Both the position numbers and the translations under genes were made by a program. Below the pieces are notes generated by a model that searched no databases, was not told where the DNA came from, and saw nothing but the letters and a program-made list of their open reading frames with translations. Shown here in pieces: positions 30,574 to 40,894 of a stretch of DNA of 64,000 bases. The DNA lies in contig OZ220089.1 in NCBI GenBank assembly GCA_964291625.2, positions 2,688,001 to 2,752,000 of the forward strand, read 5' to 3'. The DNA comes from Candidatus Latescibacterota bacterium. GTDB lineage: Bacteria > Latescibacterota > UBA2968 > UBA8231. Every line of letters begins with the position of its first letter. Positions within the stretch are counted from its first letter, which is position 1.

Positions 30574-30724
30574 GTCCATCTACCTCGATCACGTCCTCGA
30601 ACGGCTGAGCGACGAGATCGATGCCGCCACCGCCGCCGTCCTCGTCGTGGCGGTGCTCACGACCTGCTCGCAGACCCTGCGGGCGGCGTGGTCGAACCCG
30701 GTCGACGCGCTGCGCCACGAGTGA
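30574..30724 (+). pseudogene. Chimeric remnant: 49-bp PhyH 3' fragment + FtsX/MacB-type ABC permease C-terminus
   Basis: 30574-30622 matches 33372-33420 (1 mismatch); then ..TLRAAWSNPVDALRHE*. Confidence 0.7.
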
Positions 30725-30770
30725 CCTGGAGGACAGCCGGGGTGCGAGGCCAAGCCGACGCCCCACGCGG

Positions 30771-32168
30771 CTACTTGGAGCCGAAGGCCGCGTCCGCCAG
30801 GTTGTCGTAATGGTGTACGTAGGTGACTCCTCCGATGACGATGTGGTGGTTGTGGGGCAGGTCCTCTTCCCAGGTCATCTCCTCGCCCCAGTTGTGGGGC
30901 GGGACGTCTCTCTTGCCCCAGCGACTGCCGTTGTAGCGGCGGGAGAGCACCGTGCGGCCGGCGCGGGTGACATAGGCCTCGACCAGGACGTGGCGGTCGC
31001 TGGCCTCTCTCTCAAGGTCGAAGACGCGCATGCAGGCAAAGGACCGGTCCCCGATGTGGACGTCGAACACCCCCGCGCCGATCAGTTGGGGAGCGTCCGC
31101 CTCGACCTCGAGGGAGCCGTCGGCCAGCGGGCGCAGGCAGCCGCGATCCTCGATCCGGCGCGGGGAAGGGCCCCAGTCGTCGTGGAACCCTTCATCGAGA
31201 AAGGTCATCAGTTCCCGCGTGCCGTCCGCGCGCAGCGATTCCACCGCCATCCACTCCACCTCGTCTTCGGCCAGCCGTCCCCAGATCCTGACGATCCGGC
31301 TCTTCTGTTCGATGGGCGTGTGGTCTCCCGCCATCACCGCCAAGTGGTGCTCCTCAACCTCGATCTCCACGCAGGCCCGGCCGTGGATGACCGCGGGCCG
31401 GCAGGCCTCCAGCGAGACCATCTCCGTCAGCATCCAAGGCGCCTCGCCGTCGCTGGAAGGGCCGTACGCGCCATAGGCCACGCGGTCGCCTACCTCGGGC
31501 ACGATGAACCACCAGGCCATCTCCCTCAGATCGATGCCAAAAGGGGCCTCCCGGCTCGCCTCGATGCGTACTTCGGGCCGGCTCGGAGGAAAGGGTCCCT
31601 GGTCAGTGCTCATTCTCTTTCTCCTCGTCGCGGGGGTGACGCCGAGCACCCGGCGGATCTGGTCGCGCCCGTGGGACAGTCGGCGCTTGACCGTGCCGTC
31701 GGGACAGCGGTGGCGGGCGGCGATCTCGGCGATGCTCAGACCGTCCAGGTAGAAGGCCCGCAGGGCAGCGCGCTCGCGGTCGGGGACCTCCTCCATGGCC
31801 TCGACGACGGCCGCGGCGGCTTCCCGCTGCCGGGCCTGGGCGACGCCCAGCCGGTTGACCATGGGCGCCAAGGCCTCCGTCTCGACGAACAGCTCGCGGC
31901 GCTGGGTGGAGCGGAAGTAGTCGCGGCAGCGGTTGCGGGCCACCTGCAGCATCCAGGCCCGCACATCGCGCGGGGTGTCCTGGCGCAGGCCGCTCCAGAT
32001 GTGAACCAGGGTCTCCTGCAGGACATCCTGCACCTGGTCGCGGCAACCGATCCGAGAGCGGATCAGCCCCGCCAGGGTGCGTTCGTGACGCCGGATCAGC
32101 CGTACGAAGGCGTCCTCGCTGCCCCGCCGGATCCGCTCTGCCAAGAGGTGGTCGCCTGGACCGGTCAT
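30771..32168 (-). CDS. ECF sigma-70 factor with large C-terminal extension
   Basis: Region 2 (QDVLQET, AWMLQVARNRCRD) and region 4 (GLSIAEIA....GTVKRRLSHGR) followed by ~280 extra aa. Confidence 0.85.
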   Translation of the reverse strand: MTGPGDHLLAERIRRGSEDAFVRLIRRHERTLAGLIRSRIGCRDQVQDVLQETLVHIWSGLRQDTPRDVRAWMLQVARNRCRDYFRSTQRRELFVETEALAPMVNRLGVAQARQREAAAAVVEAMEEVPDRERAALRAFYLDGLSIAEIAARHRCPDGTVKRRLSHGRDQIRRVLGVTPATRRKRMSTDQGPFPPSRPEVRIEASREAPFGIDLREMAWWFIVPEVGDRVAYGAYGPSSDGEAPWMLTEMVSLEACRPAVIHGRACVEIEVEEHHLAVMAGDHTPIEQKSRIVRIWGRLAEDEVEWMAVESLRADGTRELMTFLDEGFHDDWGPSPRRIEDRGCLRPLADGSLEVEADAPQLIGAGVFDVHIGDRSFACMRVFDLEREASDRHVLVEAYVTRAGRTVLSRRYNGSRWGKRDVPPHNWGEEMTWEEDLPHNHHIVIGGVTYVHHYDNLADAAFGSK

Positions 32169-32246
32169 GTCCTCTACCCTTCCTGCAATAGAAGGCGGCC
32201 GTCAGCGGCAAAAGGTTCACCCCCTCGGACAGTCGGGAGTCGGTTC

Positions 32247-32526
32247 GGCGCTCCACCGTCATCGAGAGGCGCTGGCGCCACCGCGGCAAGGAATCCCCGT
32301 GCGGCGCCATCCGGCCCAGAGAGAGTTGTCGGCGCGGTGGTCTCCCACCCAGGGCGGTGACGGCGGCGCAGGCCGCGCCGAGCGGCGCACTTACGCCGGG
32401 CCTGGGGTCAACCCGAGCCTCGCGAGGGGCTCGCCAGCCCGGCGGATCACTCTCAAGCGACAGATCCATCAGCGAGGCCCGGCGTACGCGCCGCCCGAGG
32501 CGTGGCCGGAGCCGCCGGCGCCGCCC
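32247..32526 (+). repeat. Structured intergenic repeat element, copy 4 (loop deletion)
   Basis: Arms intact; ggtcaac joined directly to ccgagc; core altered to gagcctcgcgag. Confidence 0.88.
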
Positions 32527-32568
32527 CTTGCGGCCGCGACCACGCTATCTTCCACCAGTGGAGCAGCC

Positions 32569-33447
32569 ATGAACGATACCGACAACCCCTCCGCCCTGAC
32601 CCCGGAGCAGAAGTACGAGTTCGACCTGCGGGGGTACATCGTCCTGAAGGGCCACTACGACGAGGAGGCGGTGACGGAGTTCCACGCCGGCATCGACGAG
32701 CTGCAGGCGATCCCCGTCGACTACGAGACCTACACCCGGCTCGGGGTCGCCAGCTATTTCCTGGCCGCAGCCATGTCCGACCCGGAGCACCCGTTCTGGA
32801 AGGGGGAGCACCGCCCCGACCGGCGCCCCAACCCCGACTCCGGCGGCATCGGGCGGGTCGACCACGCCCTGTGCGGCACGGCGAAGTTCGACCGCATCGT
32901 GCGCGATCCGGTGATGAAGTCAGTCCACCGGGAGCTCGCCGGCGGCCCGGTCTACATCTCGGCGACCTACTACATCGAGAAGGTGGGACCCGCCGCGGGG
33001 GGCGGGCTCCACAACGGCGGCTTTCCGGTGGACCGCGACATCTACTATGCCTACGACCACACGCGGCAGCGGTTCGCCTGCAAGAGCACAAAGAGCGTGG
33101 TCATCCTCTCCGACATGACCCGCGTGGAGAACGGCCCCTTCGCCGCGGTCCCGGGGAGCCACAAGGCGAACTTCTCCTGTCCCTTCGACATGACGGACGC
33201 GGTCCGGAACCCGATGGCGGTGCCGGTGCTGGCCGCGCCCGGCGACGTCGTGATCTTCTCGGAGGGGATGACCCACAACGCCTATCCGGTCACCAACGAC
33301 TCGATCCGGCGCTCGGTGTTCTTCAACTACATGCCGGCCATCGGCCGCGACAACCTGCCCTTCCAGCGCATGTCCATCTACCCCGATCACGTCCTCGAAC
33401 GGCTGAGCGACGAGATCGATCTTCTCACCTCGGCGGGATACATCTGA
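32569..33447 (+). CDS. PhyH-family dioxygenase-like protein (HxG variant)
   Basis: KYEFDLRGYIV, LHNGG, VPGSHKAN, SEGMTH, RR. Confidence 0.85.
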   Translation: MNDTDNPSALTPEQKYEFDLRGYIVLKGHYDEEAVTEFHAGIDELQAIPVDYETYTRLGVASYFLAAAMSDPEHPFWKGEHRPDRRPNPDSGGIGRVDHALCGTAKFDRIVRDPVMKSVHRELAGGPVYISATYYIEKVGPAAGGGLHNGGFPVDRDIYYAYDHTRQRFACKSTKSVVILSDMTRVENGPFAAVPGSHKANFSCPFDMTDAVRNPMAVPVLAAPGDVVIFSEGMTHNAYPVTNDSIRRSVFFNYMPAIGRDNLPFQRMSIYPDHVLERLSDEIDLLTSAGYI

Positions 33448-33459
33448 CAGGAGAGCGTC

Positions 33460-33798
33460 GTGATCCACAGAGTCCGGAAGGACGAGAGGAATCTGGCCGC
33501 CTATGATGCGCCCGGCGCCACGGTGCGGGTCTCCGATCCCATCCGGGGCGCCGGCGACAGGCTGTCCGCCGGTTTCACCGAGTACACGGAGGCCAGCCGG
33601 CTGACGTGGACCTTCGACTACGACGAGGTCTTCTTCATGCTGGAGGGGTACCTGGAGATCGAGGTCGAGGGCCAGGACCCGGTGCCATACGAGGCGGGGG
33701 ACCTGGGTTTCATCGAGAAGGGTGCGCGGACGACCATCACCGTGCCGGAACGGGCCTACATGCTGCATGTCACCCACCCGGCGTGGCGTCCCGAGTGA
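33460..33798 (+). CDS. Cupin, EutQ-like
   Basis: LSAGF, WTFDYDEVFFMLEG, AGDLGFIEKG. Confidence 0.8.
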   Translation: MIHRVRKDERNLAAYDAPGATVRVSDPIRGAGDRLSAGFTEYTEASRLTWTFDYDEVFFMLEGYLEIEVEGQDPVPYEAGDLGFIEKGARTTITVPERAYMLHVTHPAWRPE

Positions 33799-33920
33799 GT
33801 GATTGGTGCCCGCGGGTCGTCGGCGCGGTCACTCCGCCGCAGGCCGCGTCCGCCAGGTCGATGACCATGGGGTGCCCGGCCAGAAAGAGCCCGACCCAAC
33901 CGGGGCTCACCCGCTGACGC

Positions 33921-36215
33921 TCAGGAGCGCCTCACCACCCTCGGTCCGTCCGGCAGGTCGTCCACGTCGTACCCGGCTTCGAGGATCTGTGCCCTGAGGG
34001 CGTCGGCCGTCCCGAAGTCCCGCTGCCGCCGGGCTTCCGTCCGCCGCCGCACCATCTCCGTAACCTCGGCCGGAATCTCCTCCCGGGGCGGTTCCCAGTC
34101 CGCCAGACCGAGGCCGAGGACGCGGTCGAACGCCAGAAGCGTCCCCTTCTTCACGTGGTCGGGCAGCTTCGACCGCACCAGGTCCCAGACCACGGCCAGG
34201 GCCCGGGGCATGTTGAGGTCGCTGTTGAGGCAGCGTGTGAAGGCCTCGAGGCAGCCCGGGTCCGGGTCGCCGGCCGGACCCCAGGCGTGGGTGGTGCGGC
34301 GCAGCCGTTCCAGGGCCGCGGTGGCCGCGTCAAGGGCCTCCCAGTTGAAGCTGAGGGGCCGCCGGTAGTGCGCCCCGAGCAGGAACATCCGGTAGGCCAG
34401 CGGGTCGTATCCCGCCTCGACCAGGCTGTCCAGAGTCAGGAAGGACCCGCTCGACTTGGACATGCGCTCGTCATCGAGCACCAGGAACCGGCCGTGCATC
34501 CAGAACCGGGCCAGCCGGGTCCCGTAGCATGCCTCGGACTGGGCGATCTCGTTCACATGGTGAATGGCGAGATGGTCCTCGCCGCCGCAGTGGATGTCGA
34601 ACTGCGGACCCAGATGGGAGTGCGACATGGCCACGCACTCCGTGTGCCACCCCGGGAACCCCCGCCCCCAGGGGCTGTCCCACTCCATCTGCCGCGTGCT
34701 GCCGGTCGGGCTCAGCTTCCACAGGGCGAAGTCGGTGGCCCGACGCTTCTCACCCAGCTCGACGCGGGCCCCGGCCTGCAGCCCCTTCACGTCCAACCGC
34801 GCCAGCCGGCCGTAGTCCGGCTGCCGGGAGGTGTCGAAGTAGATCCCGTCGGAGGTCGAGTAGATGAAGCCGCGCTCCTCCAGGGAGCGGATGACGCCGA
34901 TCTGCTGGTCGATGTAGTCCGTGGCCTTGCACCACACCGTCGGCTCGAGGACGTTGAGCCGGCGCAGGTCTTTCTCGAAGTAGAAGTCCGCCACCCACCA
35001 GGCGCTCTGGCCCGTGCGCCGCGCTCCCCGCTCCATCTTGTCCTCGCCCGTGTCGGGTCCGAGGTCAGGTGGCCCACGTCGGTGATGTTCACGAAGAACC
35101 TCGTAGCCGCTCCAGCACTCGCCCAGCACGTCCTCGAAGACGTAGTGCCTACCTGCACGTTCAGCGTATGTATCTGAAGCGTAGGGACGACGTCCGCTTC
35201 TTCCACTCGTAGGGCTGCGCCGTCGAGCCTTGCACCGGCGATGAAGGCCGATGGCTTCAGTTGCCGGGGCGAGGTGAAGCTGGCCCCCTCGCGCGGACGT
35301 GCTGAGCCGGCGATTCAGCCAGCAGGCGTTGGTGGGCGTGTAGGTGCACTTTGGGATGGCGGGCCCAACGGTCGCGCTTGGGCTTGTGGGTGTTGAGGTT
35401 GTCCAGGATCACGTGAATGGCCTGGTGGGGCGTCTCGCCACCAGGTCGTTCATGGTCGAGGAACTCCCGGCGCCGGCGTCGCTTCGCGTGGCCGGCCTGG
35501 ATGCGCCCCTCGACCTCGAGGGCCGCCGTCGTGGTGCGTGGCCTGATAGCGGTGGCTGGCGCCGCATGGCCTCATTGGGCAACCGCGCTCCAGGCCTTGT
35601 CCTCGCACAGCACCACGGCGTTGTCCGGCGGGTCCGAGGTACAGGTGGCCCACGACATCGGTGATGCCTTCACCACATGTGTGAGACCTCGCAGAGATGC
35701 CGTTGTGCCGCAGCACCCGCCACACGTGATCGTCCAGACACTCGCCGCAGGCACTCGGCCACCAGTGTCCCGAGGTCGCGTGCCCGTCCGGCGGCGGTTG
35801 GGACACCACGTATGCGCTGCTCGGTCGTCATACCGCCTCGGCACCCGTCCGCGGCGCGTCCTGGTCCAGGCCGTGCCGCGAAGCGCGTCCGCCACTTGCT
35901 CACCGTGGCGTGGCGGACCCCCAGCCGGGCGATGGCCGCCGACGCCTCGCCGTCCGCCGCGTCGAGAATGATCGCAAGGCGACGTTCCGTGGTCCCCGAT
36001 CGCGCATTGCGACAGCGTGGCGCGGTCCTCTTCCGTCAAGAAATCTAGAGGGTCGCTGGCCGTGGCATGCTCCCAAGATACAGATAACTCCAAGTGAGCA
36101 GTAGGTCCTCAGGTTGCCGCGTAGTCGACCCGTCGGCCCGAGGCGTACAGTCCGACGGGCGCGAGCGGTTCGAAGACGCGTTCGCTTCGGGAGTAGGAAT
36201 CGTAGAGTCTCAGCT
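33921..36215 (-). pseudogene. cysS: Cysteine--tRNA ligase interrupted by IS630 and frameshifted at the 5' end
   Basis: N-terminus LRLYDSYSR...GLYA..G.T.DYA..GNLRT at ~36102-36215; YVFEDVL, NITDVGHLTSD, DFALWK, PGWHTEC, MSKS at 33921-35144. Confidence 0.88.
35145..36101 (-). mobile_element. Decayed IS630-family insertion sequence
   Basis: Fragments DVVG.LY.DPPDNAVVLC, HVILDNLNTHK, YTPT...WLN; TA at both sides (35143-44, 36102-03); weak terminal inverted repeats. Confidence 0.85.
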
Positions 36216-36483
36216 CCAAGGGCAGTCCGCGTCGACCCTGACCAGTGCCCGGATCCCATCCTCGTCGTCGCTGGCCGGGCCTTTCTCCAGCGGCGTCTGT
36301 TCGGGGACCGGCTCCCCGTCCATGAGCAATCCCTCGATGTGACAGGCGACGGCCTCGCGAGCGGATTCGATGGCCTCCTCGAGCGTGTCTCCGGCCGAGA
36401 AGCAACCGGGCAGATCCGGCACGGTGACTCCATACCCGCTCTCCTCGTCCTTGTGAATCACGGCTGCGAAACGCAAACGCATC
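36210..36483 (-). CDS. hicB: HicB-family antitoxin (orphan, C-terminus possibly degraded)
   Basis: YGVTVPDLPGCFSAGDTLEEAI...EA...HIEG. Confidence 0.85.
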
Positions 36484-36584
36484 AGCGGTCCTCCCCATCC
36501 ATGTTCGTGCTCTTCATCGGTGCGTAACATACGCACCGCTCCCGGCCTCAACGGAGGGCCAGGTGTGGGCCAGTCGGGTATGTC

Positions 36585-37000
36585 CGCAACGGCCACCAAG
36601 CCAGCGCACCACCGGATCGAGTGGCGCCGGAGTCGCGCCGGCACAGAGCCCCCGGCCGGCGGCACGAGGCCCAGAAAGGTGGCTGCACGGTGATCCCACC
36701 GGCCGCGGCCACGCCTGCTGCGACGTCCCGCGAATGGAAGCCCTGCCAGCGGCGGCGACGGCGGCGCAGGCCGAGCCGAGCGGCGCATTACGCCGGGCGG
36801 ATCCCAAGCTTGCGCGCATCCAGAAGGCCCAGAGACCCGAGCGCAGCGAGGGGCTCGCCGGCCCCACGAATCACTCCGATAGGTCCTCGCCCTGCTTGGG
36901 CACGGGGCGCACTACGACATCTTCTCGGCTTGCGATAGATCCATCAACCAATCCGGGCGTACGCGCCGCCGAGGCGCGGCCGGAGCCGCCGGCGCCGCCC
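36585..37000 (+). repeat. Structured intergenic repeat element, copy 5 (50-bp loop insertion)
   Basis: Arms and core conserved; extra 36883-36932 flanked by CGATAG repeats. Confidence 0.9.
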
Positions 37001-37029
37001 CAAGGCAGAGGAGAACCAGAGGGAGAGCA

Positions 37030-37849
37030 CCGTGAACATCAGCTCCCGACCAGATCCAGGTGACGGAGGGTGGATTGGATCGCACCTGCCTCTACGAGCA
37101 CCGGGATCAACTCCGCGTGTCTCGTCCGCTCGGCCGCACCGAACAACAGCCGCGTATAGGGCTTCACCAGCGCGCCTTCGCCGATCAACCACCGCGCGAG
37201 CTGCTCGTGGCCTCCGGCCACGGCAGGCGGCTCACCGCCTGCAGGCTACTGATGACGCGGGCCTCCAGGGCCCGGGTGCAGGGGGGTCACACGCCAGACC
37301 GAGTCGTCTTCCTGTTCCCTGGTCAACAGGTCTGGCTCGGTCTCGAGCCAGTGTTGCACGCGGTCGGTGTCACCCAGGTAGCACGCGGAGTAGATATCCA
37401 GCAGCGGGCTGATGCAATCCTTCCTCAGCTCCCGACCAGCACCTGCCTCTACGAGCACCGGGATCAACTCCGCGTGTCTTCCAACATCTCGGCGAGGTGC
37501 GGTCGGCGATAGCGCCCCGCGATGCAGTAGGGCTTGAGGAGCACCGGGATCTCAGTAGGGCTTGAGGAGCACCGGGATCTGTCCGCCCCGGGACATTGGG
37601 ATCGGCTCCGGCCCGCAGCAGGAACCGCACGACGTCAACCCGATGGCCGCGCGTCGCTTCCCAAAGGAAGGTCCTGTTGTGCCCGCCGCTCTTGGCCAGC
37701 AGCAGCGACGGGTCCTGTCTCAGATGCCGCTTTACCGACTCCAGATCTCCGCGCCGCGCCGTCTGCAGAATCGCGGCGATACCGGTACGCCCACTGTGGC
37801 CCGCACGCGGCTTGACTTCATTGCCCCATCCGTGGTCGTCTCCGCTCAT
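37030..37849 (-). pseudogene. Ankyrin-repeat protein, rearranged/frameshifted
   Basis: TARRGDLESVK, EATRGHRVDVVRFLLRAGADPN, ACYLGD, GGHEQLARWLI.EGA in different frames; internal duplications. Confidence 0.8.
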
Positions 37850-40182
37850 GGAACCACGCCCGCATCCCCGAGCTCATACCTCCAGCCATTCACGACCAGC
37901 AGCGCCACCCCGTCCGAGCGATGGTTGCCGTACACCACCCCGTCCCGACCGCCCACCAGCACGAGGTCGTCCCCGATACGCGCCACTTCCGTCTCGCCCG
38001 ATCGCTCGGTCTGCACTTCAGCCCGGTGAAGCAGTTCGTGGCCGGGGCACAACACGACCCCCAGATTGCGGCGGCTCACCAGACCGGAGGGGGTGAACCG
38101 CAGGTGGTACTGCTGGTGCCACTGCGAGTCATCCTTGCGGATCCGCATCGGCGGGGGGTCCCATCCCTCGCCCAGGGAGAAGAAGGCGTTGTTGTGGTAC
38201 ATGAAGTGCCCTTCGAGGGAGCTGCCGTCACGCTCCAGCAGGAACGTCCTGGCCTCCTCGTCCACGGCGAAACGGTTCCAGGAGTGGATGTTCCACTGCA
38301 ACGCCGAGTCGAGACCCGGAACCGCGACGAACTCGTCGATCATCACGAAGCAGCTCCGCGCCTTCAGGAAGAGCACGTGCCGCCGGCACCGCCTAGCGCG
38401 GTCGCTGTAGCTTGCGTCGGCGTTGCCCGCAAAGTAGATGAGCCGTTCGTCCTCGAAGGGATTCTCGATCCTGCCCCTGGAGTCGTGAGACCGCATGATC
38501 TGCGAGGCGTCGGAGAGGGTGACGCAGTTGTGGGATTTGGTGTGCCACACCCAATGGGTGTGGTGATCCGAACCGTACCCGGCGTAGTAGCCGCTGGGCA
38601 TGGCCAGCACCTTGCCCCCGGCGTGCAGGATGAAGTCGTTGTTGTTGGCGTGGGAGTGGCTGATGGCGCCGAGAGGTGAAGAGCGGAAGATCATCGCCAC
38701 ATCCCGCGCGGGATCGTCCAGATGAGTCCGGACCGCGGCCCAGCCCGCGGCGGGAAAGAGACGGAACATGGGATGGCCCGATTCCTTCGGCCTGGGTGTC
38801 TCCAACGCGGGAGTCAGAAACAGCTGCGGCAGAACGCCCGGGGTTTGCCGGTTCGGCGGCGTCTGCATGTGCTCCGCCTCGGCGCGAAAAGCCTCGACGT
38901 AAGGCGTGAATTCACCGGTCCCGGTCTCTCGTCCGATCAGGTCCACCAGGTCCGCATTGGACCGCCACGAGCTCGCCCAGCGCTCGGTATGGTCGCCGAA
39001 CCCCATCCACTCCGCGTAGGGCGGCAGACAGTACTGACGCCACCGGGCGTGGTTCTTCCAGAACGGTCTCCTGTAGAGATCGACGCCCGCCCCCCGTTTC
39101 AGGGCGGTGGCGAACATGGTCATGATGGTCACGTAGGCCAGGCCGTAGGAGGGGCCTTCCGCCCACGCACCGTCGTCGCCGGCCCAGATCGGCCAGATAC
39201 CGCACAGCACCGGCCGCAGCCACTCGAGCCACGACTGCGCCTCGGGGATGTGCTCGTGGAAGACCAGCGCGATGTGGGCCAGGAAGACGATCTCGCGGCC
39301 GGCGTGCGAGTCGAAGCGCGTCAGTCCGTAGGATCCCCGGTTGTGCATGTGATCGAACGTCATCCGCCCACGCTGCCGGAACTGGGCGACGACGGCGTCG
39401 CGCTCCTCGTCCGTGAAACGGTCCCACACCCAGTCGCAGGCGTTCGAGCCGTTCCAGATCACCGACATGTGAGCTTCGTCGTTGTGGGCCAGGTGGCTCG
39501 ACCCCTCCGGATCCCAGCGGGAGATGGAGGCCATCCGCCGGCAGGCGGCGCGGGCGAAACGGTCCTCCCCGCCCACCAGCCAGGCCAACGCCAGGGTCTC
39601 GGCGCCCTTGACGAAGCGCCGGGAGTTCCACATCAGCGGACTCCAGGCCTCGAAGAATGCCTGATAGCTCTCCCGGCGGTCGGGGAGATAGGGCGGCTCC
39701 TCGATCTCGTGAGGTTCCGCCAACACGGCCTCGGCGCTTCTCCGCAGGCCTTCCCACGCTGACGCACGCTCGCCAAGAGCCGCCGCACGCAGCGCCGGTA
39801 CCTCCTCGGGGCGGACGTAGATCCGCGGGTGTTGCGCCGGGAAGCGTTTCAGCCACTCCGCAGCCGACGGCACCTCCACAACCACCGCCTCCGCTGCGAT
39901 CTCAAAGGCGAAGACCTCCGACATCGCGCTATCCCCCGCGCACCAGCGCCAGAAGTACCTACCCGGCGCGAAGGCGGTCTCGGGCAGAAACAGCGGGTCC
40001 TGCAGATTCCCCTTCTCCAGGCAGATGCTCTCGAAGCCGGGATCCCGGGCCACCTGCAGCCGATAGCCCGACGCGGACTCCACGGGAAGCCAGGCGAAGA
40101 CAGGCGGATTCGTCCCCGGCCTGGCGTCTGCCCTGGGCTGCCGCGGATCTCTGTGCGGGTGCGGATGGCGGTGTTGCTTCAT
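37846..40182 (-). CDS. DUF4962 + heparinase II/III-family polysaccharide lyase (oligo-alginate-lyase-like)
   Basis: NPPVFAW, HPRIY, DG.WAEG.SY, SHSHANNN, TKSHN. Confidence 0.85.
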   Translation of the reverse strand: MKQHRHPHPHRDPRQPRADARPGTNPPVFAWLPVESASGYRLQVARDPGFESICLEKGNLQDPLFLPETAFAPGRYFWRWCAGDSAMSEVFAFEIAAEAVVVEVPSAAEWLKRFPAQHPRIYVRPEEVPALRAAALGERASAWEGLRRSAEAVLAEPHEIEEPPYLPDRRESYQAFFEAWSPLMWNSRRFVKGAETLALAWLVGGEDRFARAACRRMASISRWDPEGSSHLAHNDEAHMSVIWNGSNACDWVWDRFTDEERDAVVAQFRQRGRMTFDHMHNRGSYGLTRFDSHAGREIVFLAHIALVFHEHIPEAQSWLEWLRPVLCGIWPIWAGDDGAWAEGPSYGLAYVTIMTMFATALKRGAGVDLYRRPFWKNHARWRQYCLPPYAEWMGFGDHTERWASSWRSNADLVDLIGRETGTGEFTPYVEAFRAEAEHMQTPPNRQTPGVLPQLFLTPALETPRPKESGHPMFRLFPAAGWAAVRTHLDDPARDVAMIFRSSPLGAISHSHANNNDFILHAGGKVLAMPSGYYAGYGSDHHTHWVWHTKSHNCVTLSDASQIMRSHDSRGRIENPFEDERLIYFAGNADASYSDRARRCRRHVLFLKARSCFVMIDEFVAVPGLDSALQWNIHSWNRFAVDEEARTFLLERDGSSLEGHFMYHNNAFFSLGEGWDPPPMRIRKDDSQWHQQYHLRFTPSGLVSRRNLGVVLCPGHELLHRAEVQTERSGETEVARIGDDLVLVGGRDGVVYGNHRSDGVALLVVNGWRYELGDAGVVP

Positions 40183-40212
40183 GGCGGTACCCTACGGCAA
40201 TCTCGGTGATCC

Positions 40213-40457
40213 CCGCCAACCCCAGCCCCCCCGGCCGGCGCCCCACCGGATCGAGTGGCGCCGGAGGCACCCCCGGCCCGGAGTCACCACCGAGCGCCAC
40301 CCCGCCCACAGAAAGGTGTGTGGAGTGAGGTCCCACCCGGGGCGGTGACGGCGGCGCAGGCCGGGCCGAGCGGCGCACCTTACGCCGGGCCGGGGTCAAC
40401 AACCACCCGCATCCAGCAGGCCCAGAGGCCCGAGCGCAGCGAGGGGCTCGCCAACCC
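40213..40457 (+). repeat. Structured intergenic repeat element, copy 6 (3'-truncated, no right arm)
   Basis: Similarity stops after ggggctcgccaaccc. Confidence 0.92.
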
Positions 40458-40639
40458 ACGGACCAGGTTCAGGGGAGATGACCACCGCCAGCCAGCACGA
40501 GGGGTGGCCTGGACCTCAGCGGGAGCCAACCTTCCGGAGTGTCCCTTTGGGAGGAGGGTTGCGCAAGGGTCCCTGGCGACTCTACTCTGGAACCAGGGGG
40601 TGGGCCCGCCTCCCAATCCGCTTTGATCGGAGTTCTATC

Positions 40640-40894
40640 CTGAATCGGCCTAGGGAGCTTCGACAGCAGATTCTCGGTGGTCGCTCGGATGCGAACATCC
40701 GTTTCGACGACTTGCGCTCGCTACTCCGGAGGCTGGGGTTCACCGAGCGGGTGCGAGGAAGTCATCACATATTCCGGAAGGAAGGAATCGCTGAAAGGCT
40801 GAACCTGCAACGTGATGGCAGCCACGCGAAACCCTATCAGGTGCGACAGGTCCGCCGAGTGATACTGAAATACAAACTGGAGGATCCGGACTGA
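40640..40894 (+). CDS. hicA: HicA-family toxin (start codon unclear)
   Basis: NIRFDDL..LL..LGF..R.RGSHHIF, AKPYQV.QV. Confidence 0.85.
   Translation: MNRPRELRQQILGGRSDANIRFDDLRSLLRRLGFTERVRGSHHIFRKEGIAERLNLQRDGSHAKPYQVRQVRRVILKYKLEDPD

Noticed and set aside
30785-33858. 18-bp match aggccgcgtccgccaggt at 30785 and 33841
   Set aside because: GC-rich and short enough to occur by chance in 64 kb
35145-36101. IS630 as the mobiliser of the repeat element
   Set aside because: Element ends do not resemble the IS630 ends and lack TA duplications
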